A stretch of 62,068 bases of DNA, taken from contig CAZBZD010000001.1 in assembly GCA_964496295.1 (NCBI GenBank), forward strand, positions 1-62,068, given 5' to 3'. A model generated the notes under the pieces. It was given only the letters and a program-made list of their open reading frames with translations, had not been told where the DNA came from and did not search any database. The translations under genes were made by a program, and so were the position numbers. The DNA is from an uncultured Rhodanobacteraceae bacterium. Lineage in GTDB: Bacteria; Pseudomonadota; Gammaproteobacteria; Xanthomonadales; Rhodanobacteraceae. Positions 28,833 through 38,872 of this stretch are shown in pieces. The first letter of the stretch is position 1; each line of letters opens with the position of its first letter.

Positions 28833-29980
28833 AGATCGTGACGGTCCTGGGCGCACGTCCGCAGTTCGTCAAGGCCTCGGTGGTGTCGGCGGAAATCGCC
28901 GCGCATGCCGGGATCGAGGAGGTCGTCGTGCATACCGGCCAGCATTTCGACGCCAACATGTCGTCGGTGTTCTTTGCCGAACTGGGCATGGCCGACCCCC
29001 GCTACCACCTCGGGATCCACGGCGGCCGGCACGGGCAGATGACGGCGCGCATGCTCGAAGGCGTCGAGCAGGTGCTGCTCGGGGAAAAACCGGACGCGGT
29101 CCTGGTCTACGGCGACACCAATTCCACGCTTGCCGGCGCGCTGGCGGCGGTCAAGCTGCACGTGCCCGTGGCGCATGTCGAGGCGGGGCTGCGCTCGTTC
29201 AACATGCGCATGCCCGAGGAGATCAACCGCATCCTCACCGACCGCGTGTCGGAGTGGCTGTTCGCGCCCACCGACGTGGCGGTGGCGCACCTGCGGCGCG
29301 AGGGACTGGCCGCGGACGGCATCGACCAGGTGGGCGACGTCATGTACGACGCCGCGCTGCGCCATGGCGAACGCGCCGCCAGGCTGAAGGGCGGCACGGG
29401 CGCCGCGGGGGCGTTGCCGGCCGGCGACTACGTGCTGGTCACCGCCCATCGCGCCGAAAACACGGACGATCCGCAGCGGCTTCGTGCCATCGTGGATGCG
29501 GTGACGGAGGTGGGCAGGCAGCTGCCGGTGTTCTGGCCGTTGCATCCGCGCACGCGCGAGGCATTGCGGCGCGCCGGCCGGCTCGCGCAGGTCGAGGACC
29601 GGGTGCAGGTGTCGGAGCCGCTGGGCTACCTCGACATGGTGCTGGCCGAGCGCCGCGCCGCCGTGGTCGCCACCGACTCGGGCGGCGTGCAGAAGGAGGC
29701 GTTCTTCCACGGCGTGCCCTGCGTCACCCTGCGCGAGGAAACCGAGTGGACGGAACTGGTGGACGCCGGCTGGAACCGGCTGGCGCCGCCGCTCGATGCC
29801 GGCGCGGTGGCGGACGCGGTCCTCGCCGCCCGTGGCAGCGCCGGCGACCCGGTGCAGCCCTACGGCGACGGGCATGCGGCAGGCAGGATCGTCGCGGGCC
29901 TGCTGTCGCGCCGGCCTGCGGACCGTGCCGCGGCATCCGGCCTGCCGGAGGGTCTCGTGAATGCGCGACGACAAGGTTGA
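28829..29980 (+). CDS. wecB: Non-hydrolysing UDP-sugar 2-epimerase (WecB family, WbpI-like by context)
   Basis: GARPQFVK, HTGQHFD, GDTNSTLA, HVEAGLRS, TDSGGVQKEA and CVTLREETEW. Confidence 0.92.
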   Translation: MKIVTVLGARPQFVKASVVSAEIAAHAGIEEVVVHTGQHFDANMSSVFFAELGMADPRYHLGIHGGRHGQMTARMLEGVEQVLLGEKPDAVLVYGDTNSTLAGALAAVKLHVPVAHVEAGLRSFNMRMPEEINRILTDRVSEWLFAPTDVAVAHLRREGLAADGIDQVGDVMYDAALRHGERAARLKGGTGAAGALPAGDYVLVTAHRAENTDDPQRLRAIVDAVTEVGRQLPVFWPLHPRTREALRRAGRLAQVEDRVQVSEPLGYLDMVLAERRAAVVATDSGGVQKEAFFHGVPCVTLREETEWTELVDAGWNRLAPPLDAGAVADAVLAARGSAGDPVQPYGDGHAAGRIVAGLLSRRPADRAAASGLPEGLVNARRQG

Positions 29981-30163
29981 TTCGAACATGCCGGACCATG
30001 CCGCGCGTGGTTCGGAGGCATGCGGTTTCCATGATAATCTGGCCATCCGCGCCGGGATTTTCGGGGAAACCCCATGGAATGATCATGAGGGTTTGCATCC
30101 ATGCCGCGACGTCGCCGTATCCAGCGGCCATGGATCCGACACCCGGCACGAGGTGAGCAGAAT

Positions 30164-31117
30164 ATGCGCAATTTCGGACTGATCGGAGCCGCGGGTTATA
30201 TCGCTCCCCGCCACATGCAGGCAATCAGGGACACTGGCAACCGGCTGGTCGCCGCGCTGGATCCCAGCGACTCGGTCGGCGTGATCGACAGTTTTTTCCC
30301 CGAGGCGGATTTTTTCACCGAATTCGAGCGCTTCGACCGTCATGTCGACAAGCTGCGGCGGTCCGGCCACGAACACCGGCTGGACTTCGTTTCCATCTGC
30401 TCGCCCAACTATCTGCACGATTCGCACATGCGCTTCGGCCTGCGTTCCGGTTGCGACGTCATTTGCGAGAAGCCGGTGGTGCTCAACCCGTGGAACATCG
30501 ACGGCATCGAGGAGATCGAGCGCGACAGCGGGCACAAGGTGAACACGATCCTGCAGTTGCGGGTGCATCCGTCCATCGTCGCCCTGCGGGAGAAGATCCG
30601 CCGGGACGATTCCGGCAGGCGGCACGACGTGGACCTCAGCTACGTCACCGCGCGCGGCCACTGGTACCTGCGTTCGTGGAAGGGCGACGCGAAGAAGGCC
30701 GGCGGCATCGCCACCAACATCGGCGTGCATTTTTTCGACATGCTGTACTTCATTTTCGGCGACTTGAAGGAAAACGTCGTGCATTACAGTGCCGAAAACA
30801 AGGCGGCCGGTTATCTGGAATACGAACGGGCCCGCGTGCGTTGGTTTTTGTCCGTCGATATCGAGGATGTGCCGGAAACCCAGCGGCTGGCGGGCCAGCG
30901 CACCTACCGGTCCATTACCGTGGACGGCACGGAAATCGAGTTTTCGGGCGGGTTCACGGACCTGCACACGCGCTCCTACGAGCGCATTCTCGACGGACAG
31001 GGTTACGGGCTGGAGGAAACCCGTACCGCCATCGCCGCCGTGTCGACGATCCGCCATGCCGAACCGGCGGGCCTGAAGGGCGATTACCATCCTTTCCTGA
31101 AACGCGTCGCGGGTTGA
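30164..31117 (+). CDS. wbpB: UDP-GlcNAcA 3-dehydrogenase (Gfo/Idh/MocA family)
   Basis: FGLIGAAGYIAPRH, ICSPNYLHD, CEKP and GGIATNIGVHFFDML. Start at ATG 30164. Confidence 0.9.
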   Translation: MRNFGLIGAAGYIAPRHMQAIRDTGNRLVAALDPSDSVGVIDSFFPEADFFTEFERFDRHVDKLRRSGHEHRLDFVSICSPNYLHDSHMRFGLRSGCDVICEKPVVLNPWNIDGIEEIERDSGHKVNTILQLRVHPSIVALREKIRRDDSGRRHDVDLSYVTARGHWYLRSWKGDAKKAGGIATNIGVHFFDMLYFIFGDLKENVVHYSAENKAAGYLEYERARVRWFLSVDIEDVPETQRLAGQRTYRSITVDGTEIEFSGGFTDLHTRSYERILDGQGYGLEETRTAIAAVSTIRHAEPAGLKGDYHPFLKRVAG

Positions 31118-31123
31118 CACGCC

Positions 31124-31711
31124 ATGGGTTATTTCACGCATCCCACCGCCATCGTCGACGAGGGCGCCCGCATCGGCGACGACTCGCGCATCTGGCATTT
31201 CGTGCATGTCTGCGCAGGCGCGCGCATCGGCCGCGGCGTGTCGCTGGGGCAGAACGTGTTCGTCGGCAACCGCGTGGTCATCGGCGACCGCTGCAAGGTC
31301 CAGAACAACGTGTCGGTGTACGACAACGTGACCCTGGAAGAGGGCGTGTTCTGCGGCCCGAGCATGGTGTTCACCAACGTCCACAATCCGCGCGCGCTGG
31401 TCGAGCGCAAGGACGAATACCGGGACACGCTGGTACGGAAGGGGGCCACCCTGGGTGCCAACTGCACGATCGTGTGCGGCGTCAGCATCGGCACCTTCGC
31501 CTTCGTCGGCGCCGGCGCCGTGGTGACGCGGGACGTGCCGGCCTACGCGTTGATGGTCGGCGCGCCGGCGCGCCAGATCGGCTGGATGAGCGAATTCGGC
31601 GAGCGCCTGGACCTGCCGCTTGCCGGCGACGGCGAGGCGGTCTGCGCGCACACCGGAGCGCGTTACCTGTTGAAGGACGGGGTCGTGTCCCGGCCGGAGG
31701 ACGAGGCATGA
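31124..31711 (+). CDS. wbpD: UDP-GlcNAc(3NH2)A N-acetyltransferase (hexapeptide repeat)
   Basis: [27 protein letters not shown] and GPSMVFTNV. Confidence 0.9.
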   Translation: MGYFTHPTAIVDEGARIGDDSRIWHFVHVCAGARIGRGVSLGQNVFVGNRVVIGDRCKVQNNVSVYDNVTLEEGVFCGPSMVFTNVHNPRALVERKDEYRDTLVRKGATLGANCTIVCGVSIGTFAFVGAGAVVTRDVPAYALMVGAPARQIGWMSEFGERLDLPLAGDGEAVCAHTGARYLLKDGVVSRPEDEA

Positions 31712-32805
31712 TGGATTTCGTCGACCTCAAGGCCCAGCACGAGCGCATCCGGAGCGGGATCGACGCCGCCATCCGGCGCGTGCTGGCGCACGGCCGCTTC
31801 ATCCAGGGCCCCGAAGTGGCCGAACTGGAGCATGCGCTCGAGGCGTATACCGGCGCCGCCCGTTGCATCACGGTCGCCAATGGCACCGACGCGTTGCAGA
31901 TCGCCCAGATGGCGCTCGGTATCGGCGCGGGCGACGAAGTCATCATGCCGGGCTTCACGTACATCGCCACGGCCGAGACCACCGCACTGCTCGGCGCCCG
32001 GCCGGTCTACGTGGACATCGACGCACGCACCTACAATCTCGATGCGCACCTGCTGGAAGCCGCGATCACGCCGCGCACCAGGGCGATCATCGCGGTATCC
32101 CTGTTCGGGCAATGTGCCGATTTCGATGCCGTCAACGCGATTGCCGCGCGCCACGGCATCCCGGTGATCGAGGACGCGGCGCAGAGTTTCGGCGCGACGT
32201 ACAAAGGCACCCGGAGCGGCAACCTGACCCGCATCGCCTGCACCAGCTTCTTCCCCAGCAAGCCGCTCGGTTGCTACGGCGACGGCGGCGCCATCCTCAC
32301 CAGCGACGACGCGCTGGCCGATGCCATGCGCCAGATCGCGCGCCACGGCCAGGACCGCCGCTACCACCACGTGCGGGTGGGCGTGAACAGCCGGCTGGAC
32401 ACCCTGCAGGCGGCCATCCTGCTGGAAAAGCTGAAGATCCTCGACGCGGAAATCGCCGCGCGGCAACGGGTGGCGGATGTCTACAACCGCCTGCTGCCGG
32501 ACGTCGGCGTGGACAGCGTGCCGTTCGTGGAGGCGCACAACGCGAGCGCGTGGGCGCAGTACACGGTGCGGGTGGCCGAGCGCGAGCGCGTGCAGGCGTC
32601 GCTCAAGGCGGCCGGCATTCCCACGGCGGTCCATTATCCGATGCCGCTGAACCGGCAGCCGGCCGTCGCGTCCAGCGTCGAGCTTGCGGTCGGCGATGCC
32701 GCGGCGGCAAACGTTCTCAGCTTGCCGATGCATCCGTACTTGACGGAAGGCGACCAGGCCGCCGTCGCCGGGCAACTCGGCGCCGCGATCCGGGCGCCGG
32801 CGTGA
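31708..32805 (+). CDS. wbpE: DegT/DnrJ PLP aminotransferase
   Basis: [17 protein letters not shown] and [15 protein letters not shown]. Follows wbpB and wbpD. Confidence 0.88.
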   Translation: MMDFVDLKAQHERIRSGIDAAIRRVLAHGRFIQGPEVAELEHALEAYTGAARCITVANGTDALQIAQMALGIGAGDEVIMPGFTYIATAETTALLGARPVYVDIDARTYNLDAHLLEAAITPRTRAIIAVSLFGQCADFDAVNAIAARHGIPVIEDAAQSFGATYKGTRSGNLTRIACTSFFPSKPLGCYGDGGAILTSDDALADAMRQIARHGQDRRYHHVRVGVNSRLDTLQAAILLEKLKILDAEIAARQRVADVYNRLLPDVGVDSVPFVEAHNASAWAQYTVRVAERERVQASLKAAGIPTAVHYPMPLNRQPAVASSVELAVGDAAAANVLSLPMHPYLTEGDQAAVAGQLGAAIRAPA

Positions 32806-32821
32806 TCCATGGTCCCGGCCC

Positions 32822-34549
32822 ATGTTGAACGCGCTGTCGGTTTTTCTGCACGACGGTGATGTGGCGGGGCAAGCGCGGGCCATGCGCTCGCTCGAAAAGC
32901 AGGGCTTCATCCGTGCGGCAGAGTTCACATGGAGCGGAGGCAAGCTGGCCGCCTGGGCTCATCCGGGCCAGCGGAACGTGGAGGACTGCAAGCTCGAGGC
33001 TCCCGGGAGGGCGGCCTGCTGCATCGGGCCGATCTGGTTCCGGGGGCGTTTCGGCGTGGATGCGCTGGCGGCCCTGGTCGAGGAGGTTGCTGCCACGGGG
33101 CGCGTGGAGGAAAGCGCGCTGCGCGGAAACTTCGCGCTCTTCCTGCAGGCCGGTGACCAGGTCTGGCTGCTGAATGACGGCCTGGGGCTGGTGCGCATCC
33201 ATTCCAGTGCGGACGGCTGTTTTTTCAGCACCAGCTGGCTTGCGACCTGTGCCTATGCGGGGCGGGTCGAGCTCAACGAGGCGTCCGCGATCGAGTACGT
33301 GCTCCTGGGTGCGGCACATTCCCGCGAGTCGGTGGCAAAGGGTGTCCACCTGCTTCCCCGGGGCCACGCCCGTGACCTGAAGCATGGCCGCACGTGGCAA
33401 CGTTTTCCGCATGGGCCGGACCTGCAGGCCCCGGACTTCGACTCGCCGGAGGAGGCGACGGCGACCATCGCCGGGCATCTCGGCAGGGTGTCGGCCGAGG
33501 TGGCGTCCGCCTTTCCGGGCCGGGTCCATGCCGCCTTGTCGGGCGGATTCGACTCGCGCGCGATCGTCGCGGGGATGCTCGCGGCGGGCATCCGCCCGCG
33601 GCTGTTCGTGTACGGCGGGGCCGGTTCGTCCGACGTGGCCGTGGCCCGATCCGTCGCCGATGCGATGGACCTGGAGCTCGACGTCATCGACAAGTCGGTG
33701 ATGGATCGCGGCTTTGCACCTGCAGACAGCGAAACGCTGGTGGAGAACGCGCTGTTTTTCGACGGGCTTCCCAACGACGGCATCTGCGACCCGGGTACCG
33801 ACCGACAGACACGCTTGTGGCAGAGCGCGGAGGGCGCCATCGCCCTGAACGGCGGCGGCGGAGAGATTTTCCGCAACTTCTTTCATCTCCCGGACCGCCG
33901 GTTCGGGGCGGGCGACATCGTCAGGACCTTCTACCGCGGGTTCAGTCCCGGCGTGTTCCGCGGTCCTGGCGGCCTGTCCCGGTACGAAGCCCGGCTTGCT
34001 GCATCCATGTCGGAAACCCTCGGCCTGGCCGATGACGATGACACCCGCTTGACACGACGCCAGGTCGAGCTGCTCTATCCGCTGTTTCGTTGCCACTACT
34101 GGATGGGCCTCAACAACAGCGTGGCCGTGCGCCACGGGTATTACGCCACGCCGCTGGTGGATCCCGAGCTGGTGCGCATGGCCTTGCGCCTGCCGTTGCA
34201 GTGGAAGAACGCCGGTATCTTCGAAAGCCGGCTGATCACGGCGCTGCACCCCGGGATCGCGGCGCTGGCGACCAGCCACGGTTTCCGTCCCGACGACGGA
34301 CCGGACCGGCGGGCACGGATGGCCGAGTGGATGACTTGTGCCCGTCCCGTCGGCTTGCGCCCGCTGATCGGTGCGGCACGTCGGCAACTGCGCAGGACCG
34401 GCGTGGCCCCCGGCCTCCTGCGGCGCTACCGGGAAATGATGCCGGGGGAGTGGTGCATGGACCCGTTGCTCGATCTGGGGCGACTGGCGGATGACGCTGC
34501 CCTGGGCCGCGCGCTTGCCGTGGAAGTCGTGTGGCGACGGATACTCTAG
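32822..34549 (+). CDS. Asparagine-synthetase-like ATP-dependent amide ligase lacking the N-terminal Cys
   Basis: PP-loop LSGGFDSR and LNGGGGEIFR. The Ntn-like N domain is degenerate and does not start with MCG. Confidence 0.78.
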   Translation: MLNALSVFLHDGDVAGQARAMRSLEKQGFIRAAEFTWSGGKLAAWAHPGQRNVEDCKLEAPGRAACCIGPIWFRGRFGVDALAALVEEVAATGRVEESALRGNFALFLQAGDQVWLLNDGLGLVRIHSSADGCFFSTSWLATCAYAGRVELNEASAIEYVLLGAAHSRESVAKGVHLLPRGHARDLKHGRTWQRFPHGPDLQAPDFDSPEEATATIAGHLGRVSAEVASAFPGRVHAALSGGFDSRAIVAGMLAAGIRPRLFVYGGAGSSDVAVARSVADAMDLELDVIDKSVMDRGFAPADSETLVENALFFDGLPNDGICDPGTDRQTRLWQSAEGAIALNGGGGEIFRNFFHLPDRRFGAGDIVRTFYRGFSPGVFRGPGGLSRYEARLAASMSETLGLADDDDTRLTRRQVELLYPLFRCHYWMGLNNSVAVRHGYYATPLVDPELVRMALRLPLQWKNAGIFESRLITALHPGIAALATSHGFRPDDGPDRRARMAEWMTCARPVGLRPLIGAARRQLRRTGVAPGLLRRYREMMPGEWCMDPLLDLGRLADDAALGRALAVEVVWRRIL

Positions 34550-34690
34550 GGCGCGGTCGACACGGTGCGTCGCGGCTGCGCGGCAGCGTCGTTTTTGCCG
34601 GATGCACGCGCCGGATTTTTTCCGCTCGGCGTGGTCCGCCCGGAGGTGCGCCATGCATGCCCCGGCGCCGCGCGAACAGCCCCGCGGGAG

Positions 34691-34707
34691 TGTCGGCATT
34701 TCTTACA
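34691..34707 (+). promoter_or_regulatory. Enhancer box (putative PrsR site) TGT-N11-ACA
   Basis: TGTCGGCATTTCTTACA, the same consensus as the boxes upstream of the PEP-CTERM genes. Confidence 0.75.
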
Positions 34708-34761
34708 CTTCGCCGCGAAGCGGCTGCCCCGGTCCGGCGCTTCCCCGCACCAGACAAGGGC

Positions 34762-34777
34762 TGGCATGGTCGATGCT
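34762..34777 (+). promoter_or_regulatory. Sigma-54 promoter (-24/-12)
   Basis: TGGCATGGTCGATGCT has GG-N10-GC spacing and lies downstream of the enhancer box. Confidence 0.7.
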
Positions 34778-35018
34778 TGTTGCATGTCTGCTTCCGGTCG
34801 CGTGTGCCCGGCTTGTCTGGAGCAAGGACGACGGCACGCAGGCCATGGGCGGGCCGGCTCCGGCGATGGGGCCGGCACGCGCGTGCACTTGACCGTGGCA
34901 CGACCGTCTCGGCGAGAGACTTCCTGATGCCGGCGTCGCCCAGAGGAGTCAGATGGATGCTCCCGGGTGCATGGCCGGACCAGCCAATGAACGGAGCGGC
35001 GTTCCGCTCCGTGGGGGT

Positions 35019-37298
35019 ATGACGACGATGGACAGGCTGCACAGCGGTATTCGCGATCCCGGCGGGAGAAAATCCGGGTGGTCCGTTCTGGTCGCTGTTG
35101 GCGTCAGCCTGCTGTTCGGCGTGGCCCATGCCGGGGTCGTCGTCACCGACCATGTGGTCAGCCAGGCGGACCAGGCCCAGACCCGCGTACCGGTCACTTT
35201 TGGCCAGGTCTTCAAGGCGGGCGACGTGCCCGGAGGCAGGACCGTGGTCGCGACGATGAACGGCCGGCCCGTTCCCTTGCAGGTGGATGCCAAGGCCACC
35301 AACGCGGACGGCAGCCTGCGCCATGCCGTGCTGACCGTCATGGTGCCGAAGCTGGGGGGCGGGGACCGGGAGCCCCTGGTGCTTGCCACCGCCGCCGCTT
35401 CGCCGGCCGGCTCGCCCGTGACGCTCGCGCAGCTGCTGGCCACCAGGTACGACGCCCGCGCATCGCTCGACATCGGCGGCAAAACCTATACCGCCAGCGC
35501 CCGGGCGCTTCTGGAAAAAGCGGCCGCATCGGGAGACTGCGGGGCCTGGAACACGGATTGCGGCGTCTGGCTTTCGGGGCCGCTCGTCAGCGAGTGGATC
35601 GTGGGCGGTCCGCTGGTCGCCACGGACGGCACCGTCCACCCGAACCTCCACGTGTATTTCCACGTGCGTGCCTATGCCGGCGATGCGCCCGGCTCGGTCG
35701 CCGATGTCCGCACCGACATCGTGGTCGAGAACGCCTGGGCCTACAAGCCGCAGGCGCAGCCGCAATATACCGCCAGGCTGAAGTCCGGCACCGCCGACTT
35801 CGCCAGCGAACCGCTCACGCAGTATGCCTACACGCGCTGGCATCACGTGTTGTGGTGGAACGGCGACAGGCCGCGGGTCTATCTGGAGCAGAACACGCGG
35901 TACATCCAGGACAGCATGGCCGTATCGAAGTACGCGGACCTGCAGCCCGACGAGGCCTTCCTCGCCAAGGTGCGCCAGCGCTGCGCACCGCTCGAGCACT
36001 GCGACCAGACCAACTCGATGGGCAACCCCGGCTCGCAGCCCGCCATCGGGCCGGTGCCGCGCTGGACCGCGGTGTACATCATCGATCCCGACGTGCGCGC
36101 CTACCGCTGGATGCTGGCCAATACCGATGCACTGGGGACTTACTCGACCCACTATCGCGACCATGCCACCGGGTGGCCACTGAGTATCCGGAAGCATCCC
36201 TACGTCACGATCCAGGGCTGGTCGTTTGCGCGCGGCGTGTCGGACAACAAGGGTTCCCGCGCCGCCAAGTACCGCAAGGACCTGCTTCCGAACTGCGTGG
36301 AGACCTCGAAAATCACCAAAAAGTGCACCCCGAACTGGTACAGCACCGGCAACCCGCACCGCTGGTCGAACGCCCACCAGCCCGCCGCCGGCTACGTGGC
36401 GTACATGGTCACGGGCTCGTACTACTACATGGAGGAGATGGCGTTCTACGCGTCCATGAGCGAGCTGGAAGCCAGTGCCAATTACCGCGGGTATTCGAAA
36501 GGCCTGATCGACGGCGCGCGCACCCAGGTGCGCGGCAAGGCCTGGGTGCTGCGCGAGCTGGTGGATGCAGCCTGGTTGTTGCCTGACGGCTACCCGTTGA
36601 AGAAAGAGTTCAATGCCGACGTGAACCATTCGCTTGCCGACTTCAACGCCAAGTTCACCAACAACCCCGATGCCAACCCGCTCGGAATGATGCGCAGCGG
36701 GGCGCTCTATTCCGTGGATGGCGGACGCCACAACGCCGGGACGCCCTGGCAGCACAACTTCCTCGTCTGGTCGGTGGGTCATGCGGCGGAGCTGGGCTTT
36801 CCGGGCGCCGCGAAGTTCCGCGACTGGCTGGGGAAGTTCGAGATCGGCCTGATGACCGGCTGGATGGACGACCCTGCCCATGGTTTCTGCTGGCTCGAGG
36901 CCTCGGCGTACAACATCAAGGTCAAGGACGCTTCCGGCAACTGGCTGCCCGACTACGCGGCGGTCTACGCTGCCAGCGTGCCGACCCTGGTGGGCCTGAA
37001 ATGCAATTCGCCGCGCATGGTTGCCGCCCTGAACAAGCTGACCGGGCGAAAGCACGAGATCGGGGAAATGGTGGGTTATGCCCATTCACCCACCGGGTAC
37101 CCCGCCAACTTGCAGATCGCCCTTGCGACGCTCGTCAACGCGGGGTTGCCGGGTGCGCGCACGGCCTGGAAGATTTTCCAGTCGCGCAGCGTCAAGCCGA
37201 AGGGCTACAACAACTACCCCAACTTCGCGCTCGTGCCGCGGAATGCCGGGGACGCCCCGCCCGTTTCGAAGACGGCGTCCGGGGATCGATCGCGGTAA
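35019..37298 (+). CDS. Large secreted protein, possible polysaccharide lyase/hydrolase (beta-rich N-terminus, helical toroid-like C-terminus)
   Basis: Signal peptide ending VAHA, VPVTFGQVFKAGDVP...DGSLRHAVL N-terminal domain, HQP and QVRGKAWVLR motifs, rich in Trp and Tyr. No PEP-CTERM tail. Start is 35019 or 35028; the function is inferred. Confidence 0.75.
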   Translation: MTTMDRLHSGIRDPGGRKSGWSVLVAVGVSLLFGVAHAGVVVTDHVVSQADQAQTRVPVTFGQVFKAGDVPGGRTVVATMNGRPVPLQVDAKATNADGSLRHAVLTVMVPKLGGGDREPLVLATAAASPAGSPVTLAQLLATRYDARASLDIGGKTYTASARALLEKAAASGDCGAWNTDCGVWLSGPLVSEWIVGGPLVATDGTVHPNLHVYFHVRAYAGDAPGSVADVRTDIVVENAWAYKPQAQPQYTARLKSGTADFASEPLTQYAYTRWHHVLWWNGDRPRVYLEQNTRYIQDSMAVSKYADLQPDEAFLAKVRQRCAPLEHCDQTNSMGNPGSQPAIGPVPRWTAVYIIDPDVRAYRWMLANTDALGTYSTHYRDHATGWPLSIRKHPYVTIQGWSFARGVSDNKGSRAAKYRKDLLPNCVETSKITKKCTPNWYSTGNPHRWSNAHQPAAGYVAYMVTGSYYYMEEMAFYASMSELEASANYRGYSKGLIDGARTQVRGKAWVLRELVDAAWLLPDGYPLKKEFNADVNHSLADFNAKFTNNPDANPLGMMRSGALYSVDGGRHNAGTPWQHNFLVWSVGHAAELGFPGAAKFRDWLGKFEIGLMTGWMDDPAHGFCWLEASAYNIKVKDASGNWLPDYAAVYAASVPTLVGLKCNSPRMVAALNKLTGRKHEIGEMVGYAHSPTGYPANLQIALATLVNAGLPGARTAWKIFQSRSVKPKGYNNYPNFALVPRNAGDAPPVSKTASGDRSR

Positions 37299-37330
37299 TG
37301 CCGCCCTGCGCATCCGGGTGGCGGGCCCGG

Positions 37331-38872
37331 TCAGCGGCGATCGCGCACCACCGATTCGAGCTGGTCCAGGTAGACGATCAACATCGGGATGGACGGGTTG
37401 ACGCGCCCGCGTGACAGGCAGCCCGCCAGCATCTTCAAGCGCGGCACCGTATTGCGCATCCATGACGACGGCTTGCGCAACACGAACCTGCGGGTCGCCT
37501 CGGCCAGGAAGCGTGCCCGGACCTTGCCGTCATCGGCGGGGGGTGCATGTTTGTGGTCCGCGTACGGGATGTGCGCGAAAGCCGGATAGGCGCGTGCGAT
37601 CGCGTCGGTATGGAAGGCGCGATCCATCAACATGTCGGCGGGCAGCGTGGCGGCGAAGTCGAAAAGGTCGTGGTCGAGGAACGGCGCATGCACGCGGGGT
37701 ATGCCTTTCAGAAGGGCATGCGGCGCGAGCGCGATCTGCCTGCGGGTGCGGTTCCAGAAGAAGAAGGACGCAATCGGATTGGGCATGTCCAGGTGCCTCG
37801 CGACTTCCCCGGAAAGCCGGTGCCTGGCAACTTCCGGGTCCAGCGCGGCGCGCAGTCGTCCCTTCAGCAGGCCGTCCAGCATCGTCTGCGTGGACGCGTT
37901 CCGGCCCAGCAACGCGTCGGCGACGAGGCGCGCGTCGCGCGAGCGAAATACGGCATCGAGATCGGCGTCCAGGTAGGAGCTTTGCGACAGGACGTCGCCG
38001 GCGATGCCGTCGTAGACACAGTCGAACCGGTGGCTCAGGAAGTCGGCCAGCGCCAGGTACCAGCCGTGTGCGGTAGCGCAAAAGTGGGTCTCGCGATTCT
38101 TGCGGACTTGCGCCGACAGGACGGACAGTTGCTGCTCGATGACGACGTGCCCGAAACCGAGCGCGGCACACAATTGCCCGGCAACGGCCGGATCCTGGTT
38201 GGGGTCCGGCGGGTTGTCCAGCGCGGAGACGCAGACCGCGGGGCGCAAGCCGGTGCGATGCAATTCGAGCAGGATATGCCGTGAGTCCCGGCCGCCGCTG
38301 ACAGGAACGGCGAATGCGTCGGACCCGGGGGTTCGCCTGGCCATGGCCCGCGCGAAGCGGTCGATGTATGCATCGATTGCGTCGTCGCGCGAAAGCGTCG
38401 ATGCTTTCCGGACGCGCGGAAACCGGCCATGACACTCCAACGTGCCGTGGCTCCATGCGAAGACCGCATCGGGCGGCATGGCCTTGATCGCCGCAAACGG
38501 CGTGTCATCGCCGATGAAAAACCCGAGCCTGAAAAAAACGGCGAGTGCCTCGATGTCGAGTTCCGTCGGGGCACCGTGCTCGATCAGGCGGGCGAGCGAC
38601 GGCGAAACGCCCACCCCGCCATCGGGAAACCTGGTCCAGAACAACGGCTGGAACCCGTAGCGGTCATTGCCGGCCACGAGCCGCGTCCCGTCCCAGTGCC
38701 AGCCCGCGAAGACGCCGTCGTCGACGCCATGGCCGGCCGAGGGCAGGCGATGGCCGAACTCGGCATCGGCCTGGCCTTGCGTCGCCGCCCGGCCGCCCTG
38801 CATCCGCACGAGAAAGAACGGCTCGTGCGCCGCGGACGGACTGCTCGGGCCTGGATCACGCCGTTTCATCAT
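37331..38872 (-). CDS. Asparagine-synthetase-like amide ligase lacking the N-terminal Cys
   Basis: DRYGFQPLFW, VSGGRDSR PP-loop, YDGIAGDVL and APFLDHDL. The start at 38872 overlaps the flippase stop. Confidence 0.8.
   Translation of the reverse strand: MMKRRDPGPSSPSAAHEPFFLVRMQGGRAATQGQADAEFGHRLPSAGHGVDDGVFAGWHWDGTRLVAGNDRYGFQPLFWTRFPDGGVGVSPSLARLIEHGAPTELDIEALAVFFRLGFFIGDDTPFAAIKAMPPDAVFAWSHGTLECHGRFPRVRKASTLSRDDAIDAYIDRFARAMARRTPGSDAFAVPVSGGRDSRHILLELHRTGLRPAVCVSALDNPPDPNQDPAVAGQLCAALGFGHVVIEQQLSVLSAQVRKNRETHFCATAHGWYLALADFLSHRFDCVYDGIAGDVLSQSSYLDADLDAVFRSRDARLVADALLGRNASTQTMLDGLLKGRLRAALDPEVARHRLSGEVARHLDMPNPIASFFFWNRTRRQIALAPHALLKGIPRVHAPFLDHDLFDFAATLPADMLMDRAFHTDAIARAYPAFAHIPYADHKHAPPADDGKVRARFLAEATRRFVLRKPSSWMRNTVPRLKMLAGCLSRGRVNPSIPMLIVYLDQLESVVRDRR

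Noticed and set aside
29961-30182. 73-aa ORF between wecB and wbpB
   Set aside because: It overlaps both neighbours, has no clear RBS or motif, and is more likely intergenic sequence with an internal promoter.
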